Shown here: piece after piece, positions 24,595 to 33,627 of the stretch | Numbering within the stretch: position 1 is the first letter of the stretch | Layout of the letters: the number at the start of each line of letters is the position of its first letter | DNA from: a virus | DNA length: 64,000 nucleotides | Reading direction: 5' to 3' (one strand) | Virus record (IMG/VR): IMGVR_UViG_3300042330_000854 | Span: 32,001 to 96,000 of that record | Notes under the pieces: model-generated | Database searches by the model: none | What the model saw: only the letters and a program-made list of their open reading frames with translations | Told to the model about the DNA's origin: nothing | Position numbers and translations under genes: made by a program

Positions 24595-25585
24595 CTTTTT
24601 TCTCCAAATATTTTATTATGTTTTTTATTGTTACTTTGTTCATTGTTGCATGTTGTAATAAAGAATAAACTGTATATATTCTTCCCATTGTTGTTGCTGC
24701 TTGATTTGCGTCTTTTATATTATCTTCCCAATAACAATTTTGTTTTGGATTTAAACCCGGATAACTTATACCAAAATTATATTTTAATGCTTGCTCACAT
24801 AATGGAATTCCTGATTTTTCTGCATCGGGAACAATAATAATTCTCTTATTTGAATTTTTTAATTGTTCAATTTGGTTTTCATTCATTTGATTACCCATTA
24901 TTGCAACACCATTAATACTCATTGCATCAAACACGCCTTCAGTTACAAAAATTGTTTTTATTGGGGATTTAAGTATATCTTGATTGAATAAATTCTTATC
25001 TTCATAATTTGCAAAATATTTTGGTGTTTTGTTTAAAACTGTTCTACCAATCCAACCAACAGTATCCATATCTTTTATTATAGGGATGATTAATAAATCA
25101 GGATAAGTTTTGCTCCAATAAAGTTTTGTATTGTCCCAATCGGGGATTCTATTTAACCAACTTTCTACTACTTTTTCTGATTCTAAAACTTCATTTTGAA
25201 TACAATTGAAAATTGATACTGAATCTTCTGGTAATTTAAAAATTTTATTTGATTGCTTTTCTTGATTGAATATGCTAGTTTGAGGTAATAAAGTTTTTAA
25301 ATTGAGAAATTTTATTTCTTGATCTGAAATACCCAAAGCACTCATAAATTGTTTTAATTTTGTTCCTAAACGACTTCCAGGTTCATAACCTGTTACAAAA
25401 CCACAATTAAAACAATGTATGCGTAAAGAACCAGCTTGATGTTTAATTCCACAACGAAATCTTTTATCTGGTTTCTTTTGTCCACCTAAAGTAGTACAAA
25501 CCGGACAACAAATATTATAACCATAAGATTTTCTTTGTTTTGCTATTGGTAAATGTTGTTCAATTGTTTGATATAATGAAGTCAT
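24587..25585 (-). CDS. DNA primase (T4 gp61-like)
   Basis: CPVC..HCFNC Zn ribbon, TOPRIM VTEGVFDA, VPD. Confidence 0.92.
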   Translation of the reverse strand: MTSLYQTIEQHLPIAKQRKSYGYNICCPVCTTLGGQKKPDKRFRCGIKHQAGSLRIHCFNCGFVTGYEPGSRLGTKLKQFMSALGISDQEIKFLNLKTLLPQTSIFNQEKQSNKIFKLPEDSVSIFNCIQNEVLESEKVVESWLNRIPDWDNTKLYWSKTYPDLLIIPIIKDMDTVGWIGRTVLNKTPKYFANYEDKNLFNQDILKSPIKTIFVTEGVFDAMSINGVAIMGNQMNENQIEQLKNSNKRIIIVPDAEKSGIPLCEQALKYNFGISYPGLNPKQNCYWEDNIKDANQAATTMGRIYTVYSLLQHATMNKVTIKNIIKYLEKKDG

Positions 25586-25651
25586 AAAAATAATATATAT
25601 AAAAATTTAAATTAAACCAATATGAATTTTAAAAATATTTGAGAGGTAAAA

Positions 25652-25981
25652 ATGACATACGTTTACTATGTTGATGGTGAAAAATTTACAACCGATAATT
25701 ATGATGATATTCCTTGGGATGATATTTCTTCACCCAATGAAAATACACCAGCGTTTGAAGATTTATCAACAGGTGAAAAAATTTGGTGTGAAAAAGGGTA
25801 TCGTTGGCATCGATTAACTGGACCGGCGTACTTTGATAATGATAGATTTTGTTTTTGGCTAAATGATAAAGAATATGAAAATATTGAAGAATGGATAAAA
25901 GATCATCCAAATCCCGATCTATACTTTGATGTATTAGGTTTAAATGAAACCGAAAGAGTTTTGTGGTTTTTACAAAATTAA
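25652..25981 (+). CDS. HRLTGPA-family protein, A-type tail
   Basis: Family motifs. Confidence 0.9.
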   Translation: MTYVYYVDGEKFTTDNYDDIPWDDISSPNENTPAFEDLSTGEKIWCEKGYRWHRLTGPAYFDNDRFCFWLNDKEYENIEEWIKDHPNPDLYFDVLGLNETERVLWFLQN

Positions 25982-25995
25982 ATTTAAAAAACTGC

Positions 25996-26024
25996 TTGAC
26001 AAGAATTAAAAAATTTTCTATGTT
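25996..26024 (+). promoter_or_regulatory. Stereotyped strong promoter
   Basis: TTGACA-AGAATTAAAAAATTTTC-TATGTT. Confidence 0.75.
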
Positions 26025-26050
26025 GGTTTTATCAAGTAAGAATTAATTCA

Positions 26051-26152
26051 AATGGACAATATTATGGGATGTTAGAAGATTTTTTGAAAGATAATCCAAA
26101 TAAAAATAGAATTTTTAAAATAATAATGAGATTGAAATATAAAAATGTATAA
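26051..26152 (+). pseudogene. Orphan B-type tail of the HRLTGPA family
   Basis: NGQYYGMLEDFLKDNPNKNRIFKIIMRLKY with no N-terminal domain. Confidence 0.55.
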
Positions 26153-26771
26153 TATTACTAATGAAGAATTATCAACTGCAACATATGTAAGTTTAGATCA
26201 ATCGTATGTTTATTGGATGTTGAACAATGAATTTTTTCATAGAGAAAATGGACCAGCAGAAATTATTACTATAGAAAAAACAAATAGTAGACAATTTTTA
26301 TTTTATCTGTATGGTCAACATTATGTCACTATTGACGAAAATAATCCTATTAATGATCAAACTTTACATAATTTTAATCGTTATCTAAAAAATATTCCCA
26401 ATCAAAATAAAAAATTTCAAAAAGAAATGATTGAAAAATTTGTATATAATTTTTCAAATAACAAAATGGATATTATTTATTGGACTAAAAAAGGAAGATT
26501 TGAAACTAATGATGTAGATAATATTCCTTGGAATGAATTACACTCACCAAATGATCTTCTGCCTGCTTATGTTTATTATCCTAATAATTATAAAGAATGG
26601 CGTTCAAACGCCAAAAAACATCGATTAACTGGACCAGCAATAATTAACCCAAATGGAAAGATCATATTTTATCTTGACGGTATAAAATATGATTCTTTAG
26701 AAGAATGGCTATCAATTCATCCAAATCAAAGTGAAATTTTTAAAAAAGAAATGATTAAACGATGGAGTTAA
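26145..26771 (+). CDS. HRLTGPA-family protein, tandem double domain
   Basis: HRENGPA..PNQ..KEM, then HRLTGPA..HPNQ..KEMIKRWS. Confidence 0.85.
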   Translation: MYNITNEELSTATYVSLDQSYVYWMLNNEFFHRENGPAEIITIEKTNSRQFLFYLYGQHYVTIDENNPINDQTLHNFNRYLKNIPNQNKKFQKEMIEKFVYNFSNNKMDIIYWTKKGRFETNDVDNIPWNELHSPNDLLPAYVYYPNNYKEWRSNAKKHRLTGPAIINPNGKIIFYLDGIKYDSLEEWLSIHPNQSEIFKKEMIKRWS

Positions 26772-26773
26772 AC

Positions 26774-26800
26774 AAAAGAGGGTAATTTCCCCTCTTTTTT
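26774..26800. terminator. Bidirectional intrinsic terminator
   Basis: AAAAGAGGG/CCCTCTTTT. Confidence 0.8.
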
Positions 26801-27590
26801 AATATGTTAATAATTTTATTTCTGGAACAGTATTTCCATGATATTTAAATCGAACAAATTCAAAACTACCAGAAATTTCATAGCCTGTTGTTCCAGTTGA
26901 ACTTTCATTTATTACTAAATCATCATTATCATCAAATGGATTTATGTCTAAATCAAACCAATCACTGTTACCCATCGGGTCTAATGTTGCTTGCATTGTA
27001 ATTGTACCAATAAAATTATCCAATGTTATTTGAACTGATTGAACAGTTTTATCATACCATGCTTTAGCAGCCCCAGGTAATTTATCGCTCGTCCAAACAA
27101 TTGTACTCATTTCAAGCACATCGGATGAAATCCAATTAAATGTTTTGGGGAATAATGTTTTAGGTGCTGGATTTTTAATTAATTCTAACCATCCGCTTGT
27201 ATTGTTATTTTGATCAGTATAAAGATAAGTTTCAATACCATCGTTTATTAATGAAACATGATAAGAAAGATAACCTAATTCCCAATTTACAGTATCTGAA
27301 TTATCGATAATAATTGAAACTTTGCCTTCGTAATCGTTTTCAACTGTCATAGGTTTTTCAAATATAACATAATTTAATTTTGGTTGAACTATCTTAAAAA
27401 TAGGAGTTTGACCTAATAAATTAACAGACTTTCTATCTGAATTTTTAACAAAAAATGTTAATTTATTATGTTGGTTTTGCAAGAGTTGAAAATCAACTCT
27501 GTTTAAGGGAGAGTTATAAAGCATATTTGTTGTTTCTAATAAAAATAAAAACCCCACTTTTGGTTTTTGATAAATAGTTTGAATTATCAC
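26799..27590 (-). CDS. Probable virion structural protein (Ig-like N-terminus)
   Basis: Beta-rich; TATAAATA immediately upstream. Confidence 0.6.
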   Translation of the reverse strand: MIIQTIYQKPKVGFLFLLETTNMLYNSPLNRVDFQLLQNQHNKLTFFVKNSDRKSVNLLGQTPIFKIVQPKLNYVIFEKPMTVENDYEGKVSIIIDNSDTVNWELGYLSYHVSLINDGIETYLYTDQNNNTSGWLELIKNPAPKTLFPKTFNWISSDVLEMSTIVWTSDKLPGAAKAWYDKTVQSVQITLDNFIGTITMQATLDPMGNSDWFDLDINPFDDNDDLVINESSTGTTGYEISGSFEFVRFKYHGNTVPEIKLLTY

Positions 27591-27612
27591 TAATTATTTA
27601 TAGGTTTTTACA

Positions 27613-27996
27613 ATGAACATAGACAAAATTTTAGAACAACATCCGTTTTTATCTTATGGAATATATGCAGAACAAGAAATCTTGGGAATTATCCAAGATT
27701 CAAGTGCTTTAATTATAAGCATTTACGATATTTCTAAAATCAAAGATGAAGAATCAAGATTAAGATTTTTAGAATTAGGAAATATATGGTGGTGGGAAAG
27801 TAATCGCTTAGACCCAATCGATATATTTGTTAAAAAACAATTTGAAGAATTTTATTATTGTTTAATTCATTTAAATCAAAAAGAATTTAATTTAATAAAA
27901 GGACATGTTGTTAGTTTAACAGATGTTTGTTATAATCGTAAAAAAAGAAAAACATACATTAGTTTATCTGGTTCAACTCATCAAAAGAAAAATTAA
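27613..27996 (+). CDS. Conserved-type hypothetical protein
   Basis: PFLSY..FLELG..WWWESNR..PIDIF pattern. Confidence 0.7.
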   Translation: MNIDKILEQHPFLSYGIYAEQEILGIIQDSSALIISIYDISKIKDEESRLRFLELGNIWWWESNRLDPIDIFVKKQFEEFYYCLIHLNQKEFNLIKGHVVSLTDVCYNRKKRKTYISLSGSTHQKKN

Positions 27997-28546
27997 TTTT
28001 ATATTTATTACAAAAATAATAAATTTCTTTTTTATTTTTAAAATACTCAATATGTGGAATATTAATATTTTTTATATTAAACGTATTCTTTGGTATTGTT
28101 AAATTTTCATAGATAAATTCTTTTTTAAAATAATTTAAAAAAGAATTATAAAATAGTCTTCTTTTAAAAAAACTTCTAAATCTTTGTTCAGGAATAATAA
28201 GAGAGTTTAAATCAGGTTTTATTATTTTGTTATTAACTGTATTTGCCCATTGATTTAAAGAAAATGATATTTCTCTACTTAAAATAGAATTTAATTCGTT
28301 TTGTCTTTTAAGACCAAATACATCAAATTGTTTTAATAACAAATTTGTTTCATTATAATTTAAATTTTTACTATGTAACTTAGCAACAAATGTATTTTTT
28401 ATTTCTTTTAATTTTAACAAAATATTACTATAAGAATCATTAAAAAATTCTTCTTTATTTTCAATATTAAGATTATTTGATAATATTTCACATAATATTG
28501 ATGAACCAGAACGAGGATAAATTGTAAAAATTAATATATTTTTCAT
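27959..28546 (-). CDS. Sulfotransferase-family P-loop protein
   Basis: PRSGSS PAPS loop, EEFF, LKR..L..ILS, IYE. Confidence 0.7.
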   Translation of the reverse strand: MKNILIFTIYPRSGSSILCEILSNNLNIENKEEFFNDSYSNILLKLKEIKNTFVAKLHSKNLNYNETNLLLKQFDVFGLKRQNELNSILSREISFSLNQWANTVNNKIIKPDLNSLIIPEQRFRSFFKRRLFYNSFLNYFKKEFIYENLTIPKNTFNIKNINIPHIEYFKNKKEIYYFCNKYKINFSFDELNQIN

Positions 28547-28547
28547 A

Positions 28548-28853
28548 TTAGCTGTATTTTAAAAGCATTTCAACTTGGAATGTATTGTCTTGATTAGGGT
28601 GGTCTTTTAACCAAGAATGAATATTATTAAAATAATACCCAGATAACCAAAATTGTACTCTGTCGTCAGTATAAATAACCGCTGGGCCAGTTAATCGATG
28701 ATAAATTCTTCCTTTTTTACACCAAAATTTAAATCTTGATTCTTTTTCATAAGCAGGTGTACTTTCATCAGGTGATGATATTTGATAAATAATAATTTCA
28801 CTGGGATAATTTGTTGTAAATTTTTCACCATCAATATAATAAATATATTTCAT
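28548..28853 (-). CDS. HRLTGPA-family protein, B-type tail
   Basis: Ends HPNQDNTFQVEMLLKYS. Confidence 0.9.
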   Translation of the reverse strand: MKYIYYIDGEKFTTNYPSEIIIYQISSPDESTPAYEKESRFKFWCKKGRIYHRLTGPAVIYTDDRVQFWLSGYYFNNIHSWLKDHPNQDNTFQVEMLLKYS

Positions 28854-29263
28854 TGTTTAAGAGCCAACAAAACAGGCATTGTATCATCTTTAAAATAAAA
28901 TCTATAAATTGTTTTAACTGTAACATAAGCATGAGGGTCTTTATCTAAATCTAAAGCTTTATCGATTTTGAATCCCCATTTATTACAATCTTTAACATCA
29001 TCAATGATAAAAATTTCACTATCATAATAATAAGGAGATATAAAATCTTTATCAAAATTTTTAAATCTTCCATCGTTTAAATTTAGTTCATTTAGGTTTA
29101 ATGAAATAATGGTAATATCATTGATGGTTTTATTAGTAATTTCTTTTTCTTTAATTTTATATTTTAATATTGATTTATCAACATAACGGTCAATATACAT
29201 TGTATGTTCAAATTTTTTAAAATCTAATAATCCAAAACTTCCAAATGTAAAATACTTGCTCAT
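28850..29263 (-). CDS. Hypothetical protein with shared C-terminal tag
   Basis: Ends FYFKDDTMPVLLALKQ. Confidence 0.7.
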   Translation of the reverse strand: MSKYFTFGSFGLLDFKKFEHTMYIDRYVDKSILKYKIKEKEITNKTINDITIISLNLNELNLNDGRFKNFDKDFISPYYYDSEIFIIDDVKDCNKWGFKIDKALDLDKDPHAYVTVKTIYRFYFKDDTMPVLLALKQ

Positions 29264-29838
29264 TGTTGTTCCTTTAATGTTGAAAGTTGTATTATAATTG
29301 CAGCAGCATATGCAAACGCATGTGATTTTTTAAATCCAACATATCCTTCTTCTACTTCCCAAATTTTATTTGAAAATTCTTCATTAGTTAAATTACTGTT
29401 AATTAATTTTTGTCCCCAAGGTCGAATTATAGCTAAAACTAACGCTAAATCATCAATTGATTTTGGTTTAAATTCTTTTAATAAATTAGCATGTTCATGA
29501 ATATGAAATAATTGTTCTACAATTTCTGGATATTCAAACAATTCCCATTCATCGAAGGTTTCCAATAAAAGTCTTTTATTTTTATTTTTTAAATTTTCAT
29601 ACGGAACGGGATTATTAAGAATATCTAATTTCCAATAACCTCGTTGTTTGGCTTCTTGATAATCAAAAGAACATAAATTTGTTTTAAAATCAGCAGAAAT
29701 TCTTTGAACATGAATGCCAGGGCCATGTTCAATTAAAATGTCATCTTTTTTTCTACTTGCATTTACATGTGGTATTAAAGATAACAAATGCTTACGATCT
29801 AAAACATCTATGTCAATATCTGGTAAATTACAAGTCAT
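29260..29838 (-). CDS. dnaE: DNA polymerase III alpha-like catalytic fragment (C-half of split DnaE)
   Basis: PDIDID, KLDIL, LAIIRP, FKKSHAFAYA. Confidence 0.88.
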   Translation of the reverse strand: MTCNLPDIDIDVLDRKHLLSLIPHVNASRKKDDILIEHGPGIHVQRISADFKTNLCSFDYQEAKQRGYWKLDILNNPVPYENLKNKNKRLLLETFDEWELFEYPEIVEQLFHIHEHANLLKEFKPKSIDDLALVLAIIRPWGQKLINSNLTNEEFSNKIWEVEEGYVGFKKSHAFAYAAAIIIQLSTLKEQQ

Positions 29839-30274
29839 TATCTACTACCAATTTTGGTGAGAATTTTTTTGGTGTTTTAGGCCATTGAACATGTAAAGAA
29901 ACATTAGCGTTAAAAATAACATCAGTTTCTTTTAAACGTTGAATGTTTAAACAATCAATATTTACATTTGTATGTTCTTTTAAAATACAAACATAACTTG
30001 TACAACAAAATAGAAAATCATCTAAGTGTTCTTTTGAAGTTTTATTTTTTAAAAATTCTAATGTGGAAAATACTAATATTCCAGTATGATTTTTGGGTGT
30101 TATATCAGACCATTTTTTAACATTTTGATAATTAATATTTCTTTTTGCTAAATCAATAAGAAAAAAATCATCAATATCTTTTCTGGTATGCCAAAAATCA
30201 ATTAAATTTTGTTGAACATGAAAATTTGATTTTTGATTTATTTCGTGATCTTGTAATGTAATAAAAAAACTCAT
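29828..30274 (-). CDS. Hypothetical protein
   Basis: Coupled ORF. Confidence 0.65.
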   Translation of the reverse strand: MSFFITLQDHEINQKSNFHVQQNLIDFWHTRKDIDDFFLIDLAKRNINYQNVKKWSDITPKNHTGILVFSTLEFLKNKTSKEHLDDFLFCCTSYVCILKEHTNVNIDCLNIQRLKETDVIFNANVSLHVQWPKTPKKFSPKLVVDNDL

Positions 30275-30283
30275 TGTTTATCC

Positions 30284-30592
30284 TTAACTATATTTTAATA
30301 ACATTTCTACTTGAAAAGCATTATCTTGATTTGGATGTTCTTCTAACCAATCCTTAACATTATTATATCTTTTATTGTTTAAATCAAAATATTCTATTCC
30401 GTCACCCGCAATAACTGCTGGTCCCGTTAATCGATGACAACGCCAACCTTTTAAACACCAAAATTTAAACCCATTTGATAAATTTTCATAAGCAGGCGTA
30501 CTTTCATCTGGGGAAGAAATATCATCTAAAGGAATTTCATAATAATTATCGGTTGTATATTTTTCATCATCAACGTAATAAATAAAATTCAT
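30284..30592 (-). CDS. HRLTGPA-family protein, B-type tail
   Basis: Family motifs. Confidence 0.9.
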   Translation of the reverse strand: MNFIYYVDDEKYTTDNYYEIPLDDISSPDESTPAYENLSNGFKFWCLKGWRCHRLTGPAVIAGDGIEYFDLNNKRYNNVKDWLEEHPNQDNAFQVEMLLKYS

Positions 30593-30837
30593 CTAAACGT
30601 CTTTCTTTGATTTTGTAAATCGTTAATCTTTCGTTCCAAATCATCCAAACGATTTAATCTTAAAATTTTCTGTTCTAAAAAAGCAATTCTTGTTTCTAAA
30701 TTTTTTATTGTTAATTCTAAATTATTAACAACAATTCCCTGAGTAACAATTAATTTTTTATTATCATCTAAAGGTTCTTTTTGCTTTACTTTTTTTCTAG
30801 GAAACTTTTTATCTAATTTTGAATATATGCCGCTCAT
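30589..30837 (-). CDS. Coiled-coil hypothetical protein
   Basis: Heptad pattern. Confidence 0.65.
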   Translation of the reverse strand: MSGIYSKLDKKFPRKKVKQKEPLDDNKKLIVTQGIVVNNLELTIKNLETRIAFLEQKILRLNRLDDLERKINDLQNQRKTFR

Positions 30838-31511
30838 TATAAACCTTCTTCTAATAATAAATTATGAATTAAATCGAATTCAGCTTTTTTTAAATTAAAC
30901 ATTTGAAACCAATACTCAGAATCCATTGTATTTTTAATATATGCTTTTTGTTCTTCTGCCATATTAGCGATTTTTTGTAATCCATTTTCGCTACCATAAA
31001 CTACCCAAGGACTTATCATCCCTTGGTTTAATAATAAAGCTAGATAACTATCACCAATTTTATTAAAAAAATCTTTTAATTCTACTTGATTAGTATAACA
31101 CCAGTTTAAGATAAATTCAATACTTCTTTTAGCTGCGTCTAAATAATTTTCATTTCTTACAAAATGTTTTATAAAACTATTCCAAGTTTCAGGACGTTTC
31201 CATTTTGTTGTTGGTATATTTTTTTCAATGATATAATCAAAAAATTCTCGATAAGAATGCGAATAATTTTTCAATACAAAATCAGAAAATTCATAAAACA
31301 CATTGTAAAAACGATTGTTAATAAAAGTTTCAAATAATGGATTTTTTAAATTTTGATTTTTCTTCATCCAAATTGACCAAAAATCAAACGCAATTTTAGA
31401 AACTTCTAAATCTTTTTTTTCAAATCGCTCTTTTTGTAAGCAATGATGAGAATTTAATGTGGTTTCTTTTTTAAATTCTTTTTGGCAATAATTACATTTG
31501 TACACTTTCAA
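30837..31511 (-). CDS. N-terminal Zn-finger protein
   Basis: YKCNYCQKEF..L..HHC. Confidence 0.75.
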   Translation of the reverse strand: MKVYKCNYCQKEFKKETTLNSHHCLQKERFEKKDLEVSKIAFDFWSIWMKKNQNLKNPLFETFINNRFYNVFYEFSDFVLKNYSHSYREFFDYIIEKNIPTTKWKRPETWNSFIKHFVRNENYLDAAKRSIEFILNWCYTNQVELKDFFNKIGDSYLALLLNQGMISPWVVYGSENGLQKIANMAEEQKAYIKNTMDSEYWFQMFNLKKAEFDLIHNLLLEEGL

Positions 31512-31977
31512 ATTCCTTTAAAATCTTTTTAATTAAATCATCATCAATGGCATTTCTTTGTAAAAAATCTTCTAATTGATCTTTTGTTATAATTTTAATC
31601 ATCATATCAATTTCTTGATCTTTAGCATGAGGATAAACATTATACATAAAATTGTATAAATTAGAACTTGATTTATTTTTTGATATTGGATTAATCCAAT
31701 GATGGCGTTGTTTTCTACCAATACCAATTGCGCTCATTAATTTCCAAAATAATTCTGGATGTTTTGTTAATAATTGATTATCTACATTTAATAATTCATT
31801 TACGCTTGTTAGATAATATTCGCTTAAATGCCCATCTATTCCAGAAAACCATCTCATGATTTGAAATGGCGAAAATTGTTTTTTTTCTTCATCTGTTAAA
31901 TTATTATAATAATTTTTATTATTTAAATCTGCTTTTTCAAGCAATTCAAAAATATTTATTTTGTATTCTTTGCTCAT
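31492..31977 (-). CDS. Probable clamp-loader small subunit (T4 gp62-like)
   Basis: KQFSPFQIMRWFS..VNE..HPEL..W pattern. Confidence 0.6.
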   Translation of the reverse strand: MSKEYKINIFELLEKADLNNKNYYNNLTDEEKKQFSPFQIMRWFSGIDGHLSEYYLTSVNELLNVDNQLLTKHPELFWKLMSAIGIGRKQRHHWINPISKNKSSSNLYNFMYNVYPHAKDQEIDMMIKIITKDQLEDFLQRNAIDDDLIKKILKEFESVQM

Positions 31978-32047
31978 AAATTTACCTCTAATCTAATTCT
32001 ATCTTAAATAAAAAGAGATACTTTATCAATTTCTTTTGGAGAAAAAC

Positions 32048-32857
32048 ATGACTATTGATCGTAAAATTTTAGGAAACATTGCCAACACAGGACAACAATT
32101 AACTGTAACTGAATTTTGGCTTCCTGGTGAAATAAGTTCTGCCACAAATGGCTGGATTAAAAAACAATTAGGTGTTAGTAAATTCTTAGTTGTTAATCCT
32201 AACACAAGCAATGAAGGTATTGTTGTTTTACAAAACAGCACTTTAACCGCTGCTGGACAAGCTAGAATAGCAGTTGTGCCAAGTGGCAATGGTAGTGGTG
32301 CCGTTTTATCACCACGCTATCGTGCGCTTTCAGGAACGGTTGCTGCTGGTGGTAGCGGTTATGCAGTTAATGATACCTTAACCGTAACGGGTGGTGTTGT
32401 ATTAACTGTTGCAACGGTAAATGGCGGTGGCGCTATTTTAACCTTTACTGTTACTACAAAAGGCAACGTAACAAATATTCCTGCTGATCCTGTAACTCCA
32501 ACTGGAACTTCTGGGGCAGGTGTAAATGCCACAGTTAATTTAACTTGGGAAGTTAATACTGTAACTATTTCAAATGGTGGTACTGGTTATACAGCAGCTA
32601 ATGTTGTATTTTCTGGCGGAACATCAAATGCAACTGGTACAGCAACAATTACATCTGGTGTAGTAACTGGTATTACTGTTGCAACTCGTGGCAGCTATGA
32701 AGCAAATGGAACTGCTGTAATTACAACTGTTGGTACAACTGAATATTTAAAATCTTTACAATATCGCAAAGCTATTACTTTTAATGGTAATAGTTATATT
32801 TGGGATAAAAACGAAACCGCCGATGAAGTTGGTGAAGCAAACGTAGATTTTTCATAA
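32048..32857 (+). CDS. Virion structural protein with GGxGY repeats
   Basis: AGGSGYAVND, SNGGTGYT, G/T/V-rich. Confidence 0.7.
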   Translation: MTIDRKILGNIANTGQQLTVTEFWLPGEISSATNGWIKKQLGVSKFLVVNPNTSNEGIVVLQNSTLTAAGQARIAVVPSGNGSGAVLSPRYRALSGTVAAGGSGYAVNDTLTVTGGVVLTVATVNGGGAILTFTVTTKGNVTNIPADPVTPTGTSGAGVNATVNLTWEVNTVTISNGGTGYTAANVVFSGGTSNATGTATITSGVVTGITVATRGSYEANGTAVITTVGTTEYLKSLQYRKAITFNGNSYIWDKNETADEVGEANVDFS

Positions 32858-32861
32858 AACT

Positions 32862-32890
32862 AAAAAGGGGAGAATTAATTCTCCCCTTTT
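32862..32890. terminator. Bidirectional intrinsic terminator
   Basis: AAAAGGGGAGAATT/ATTCTCCCCTTTT. Confidence 0.85.
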
Positions 32891-32892
32891 AA

Positions 32893-33219
32893 TTAAAACC
32901 GAACTAGAATCCGATATTTAAAAATATCACAATAATCTTGTTCCCAAGCAGTTTCGGCATTATGTCCCAATTCTTTTAGTTTGTTTACCACAAACAAAGA
33001 ATAATCTTGAGTTGTTTCCCAATTACCAACTTCAACAAAATCTTCACCTTCACGATAAGCTTTTACAATTTTATCAAAATATTTTTGTTTTGTTTTTTCA
33101 TACCTAAGTTCAAATTTTTGTTCTTTAGTAAGAACCGATTTTTGTTTATTACTTGTGATCTTAGACAAACTTTGCTTACGGGCAGAAACATGTTGGGAAA
33201 TCAAATCATCATAATTCAT
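32893..33219 (-). CDS. Early hypothetical protein
   Basis: AGGAG RBS, stereotyped promoter. Confidence 0.7.
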   Translation of the reverse strand: MNYDDLISQHVSARKQSLSKITSNKQKSVLTKEQKFELRYEKTKQKYFDKIVKAYREGEDFVEVGNWETTQDYSLFVVNKLKELGHNAETAWEQDYCDIFKYRILVRF

Positions 33220-33266
33220 TATTATTCTCCTTGTTTGTAGTTTGACATTTCCGTCTTGATGAACTC

Positions 33267-33295
33267 ATAATAGAAAATTTTACTGTTTTTGTCAA
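33267..33295 (-). promoter_or_regulatory. Stereotyped strong promoter
   Basis: TTGACA-AAAACAGTAAAATTTTC-TATTAT. Confidence 0.8.
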
Positions 33296-33309
33296 GCAGT
33301 TTTTTAAAT

Positions 33310-33627
33310 TTAATTTTGTAAAAACCACAAAATTTTATCGGTTTCATTCATACCTAAAGCATCAAAATATAAATCTGGATTTGGGTGTTCATTAATCCAT
33401 TCTTTTACATTGTTATAACGTTTATTATGTAACCAATATGATTTTTCACCTGTACAATCAATATATGCTGGTCCCGTTAAACGATGCCAACAACAGTTTT
33501 CACTCCAAATTTTCTCCCAATAAGAAATGTTTTCAAATACAGGCGTATCAACATCCGATGGATTATCCCCATGTTTTTCAAACGTATATCTTTTATAATC
33601 AATGTAATATATAAATCTATATTTCAT
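33310..33627 (-). CDS. HRLTGPA-family protein, A-type tail
   Basis: Family motifs. Confidence 0.88.
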   Translation of the reverse strand: MKYRFIYYIDYKRYTFEKHGDNPSDVDTPVFENISYWEKIWSENCCWHRLTGPAYIDCTGEKSYWLHNKRYNNVKEWINEHPNPDLYFDALGMNETDKILWFLQN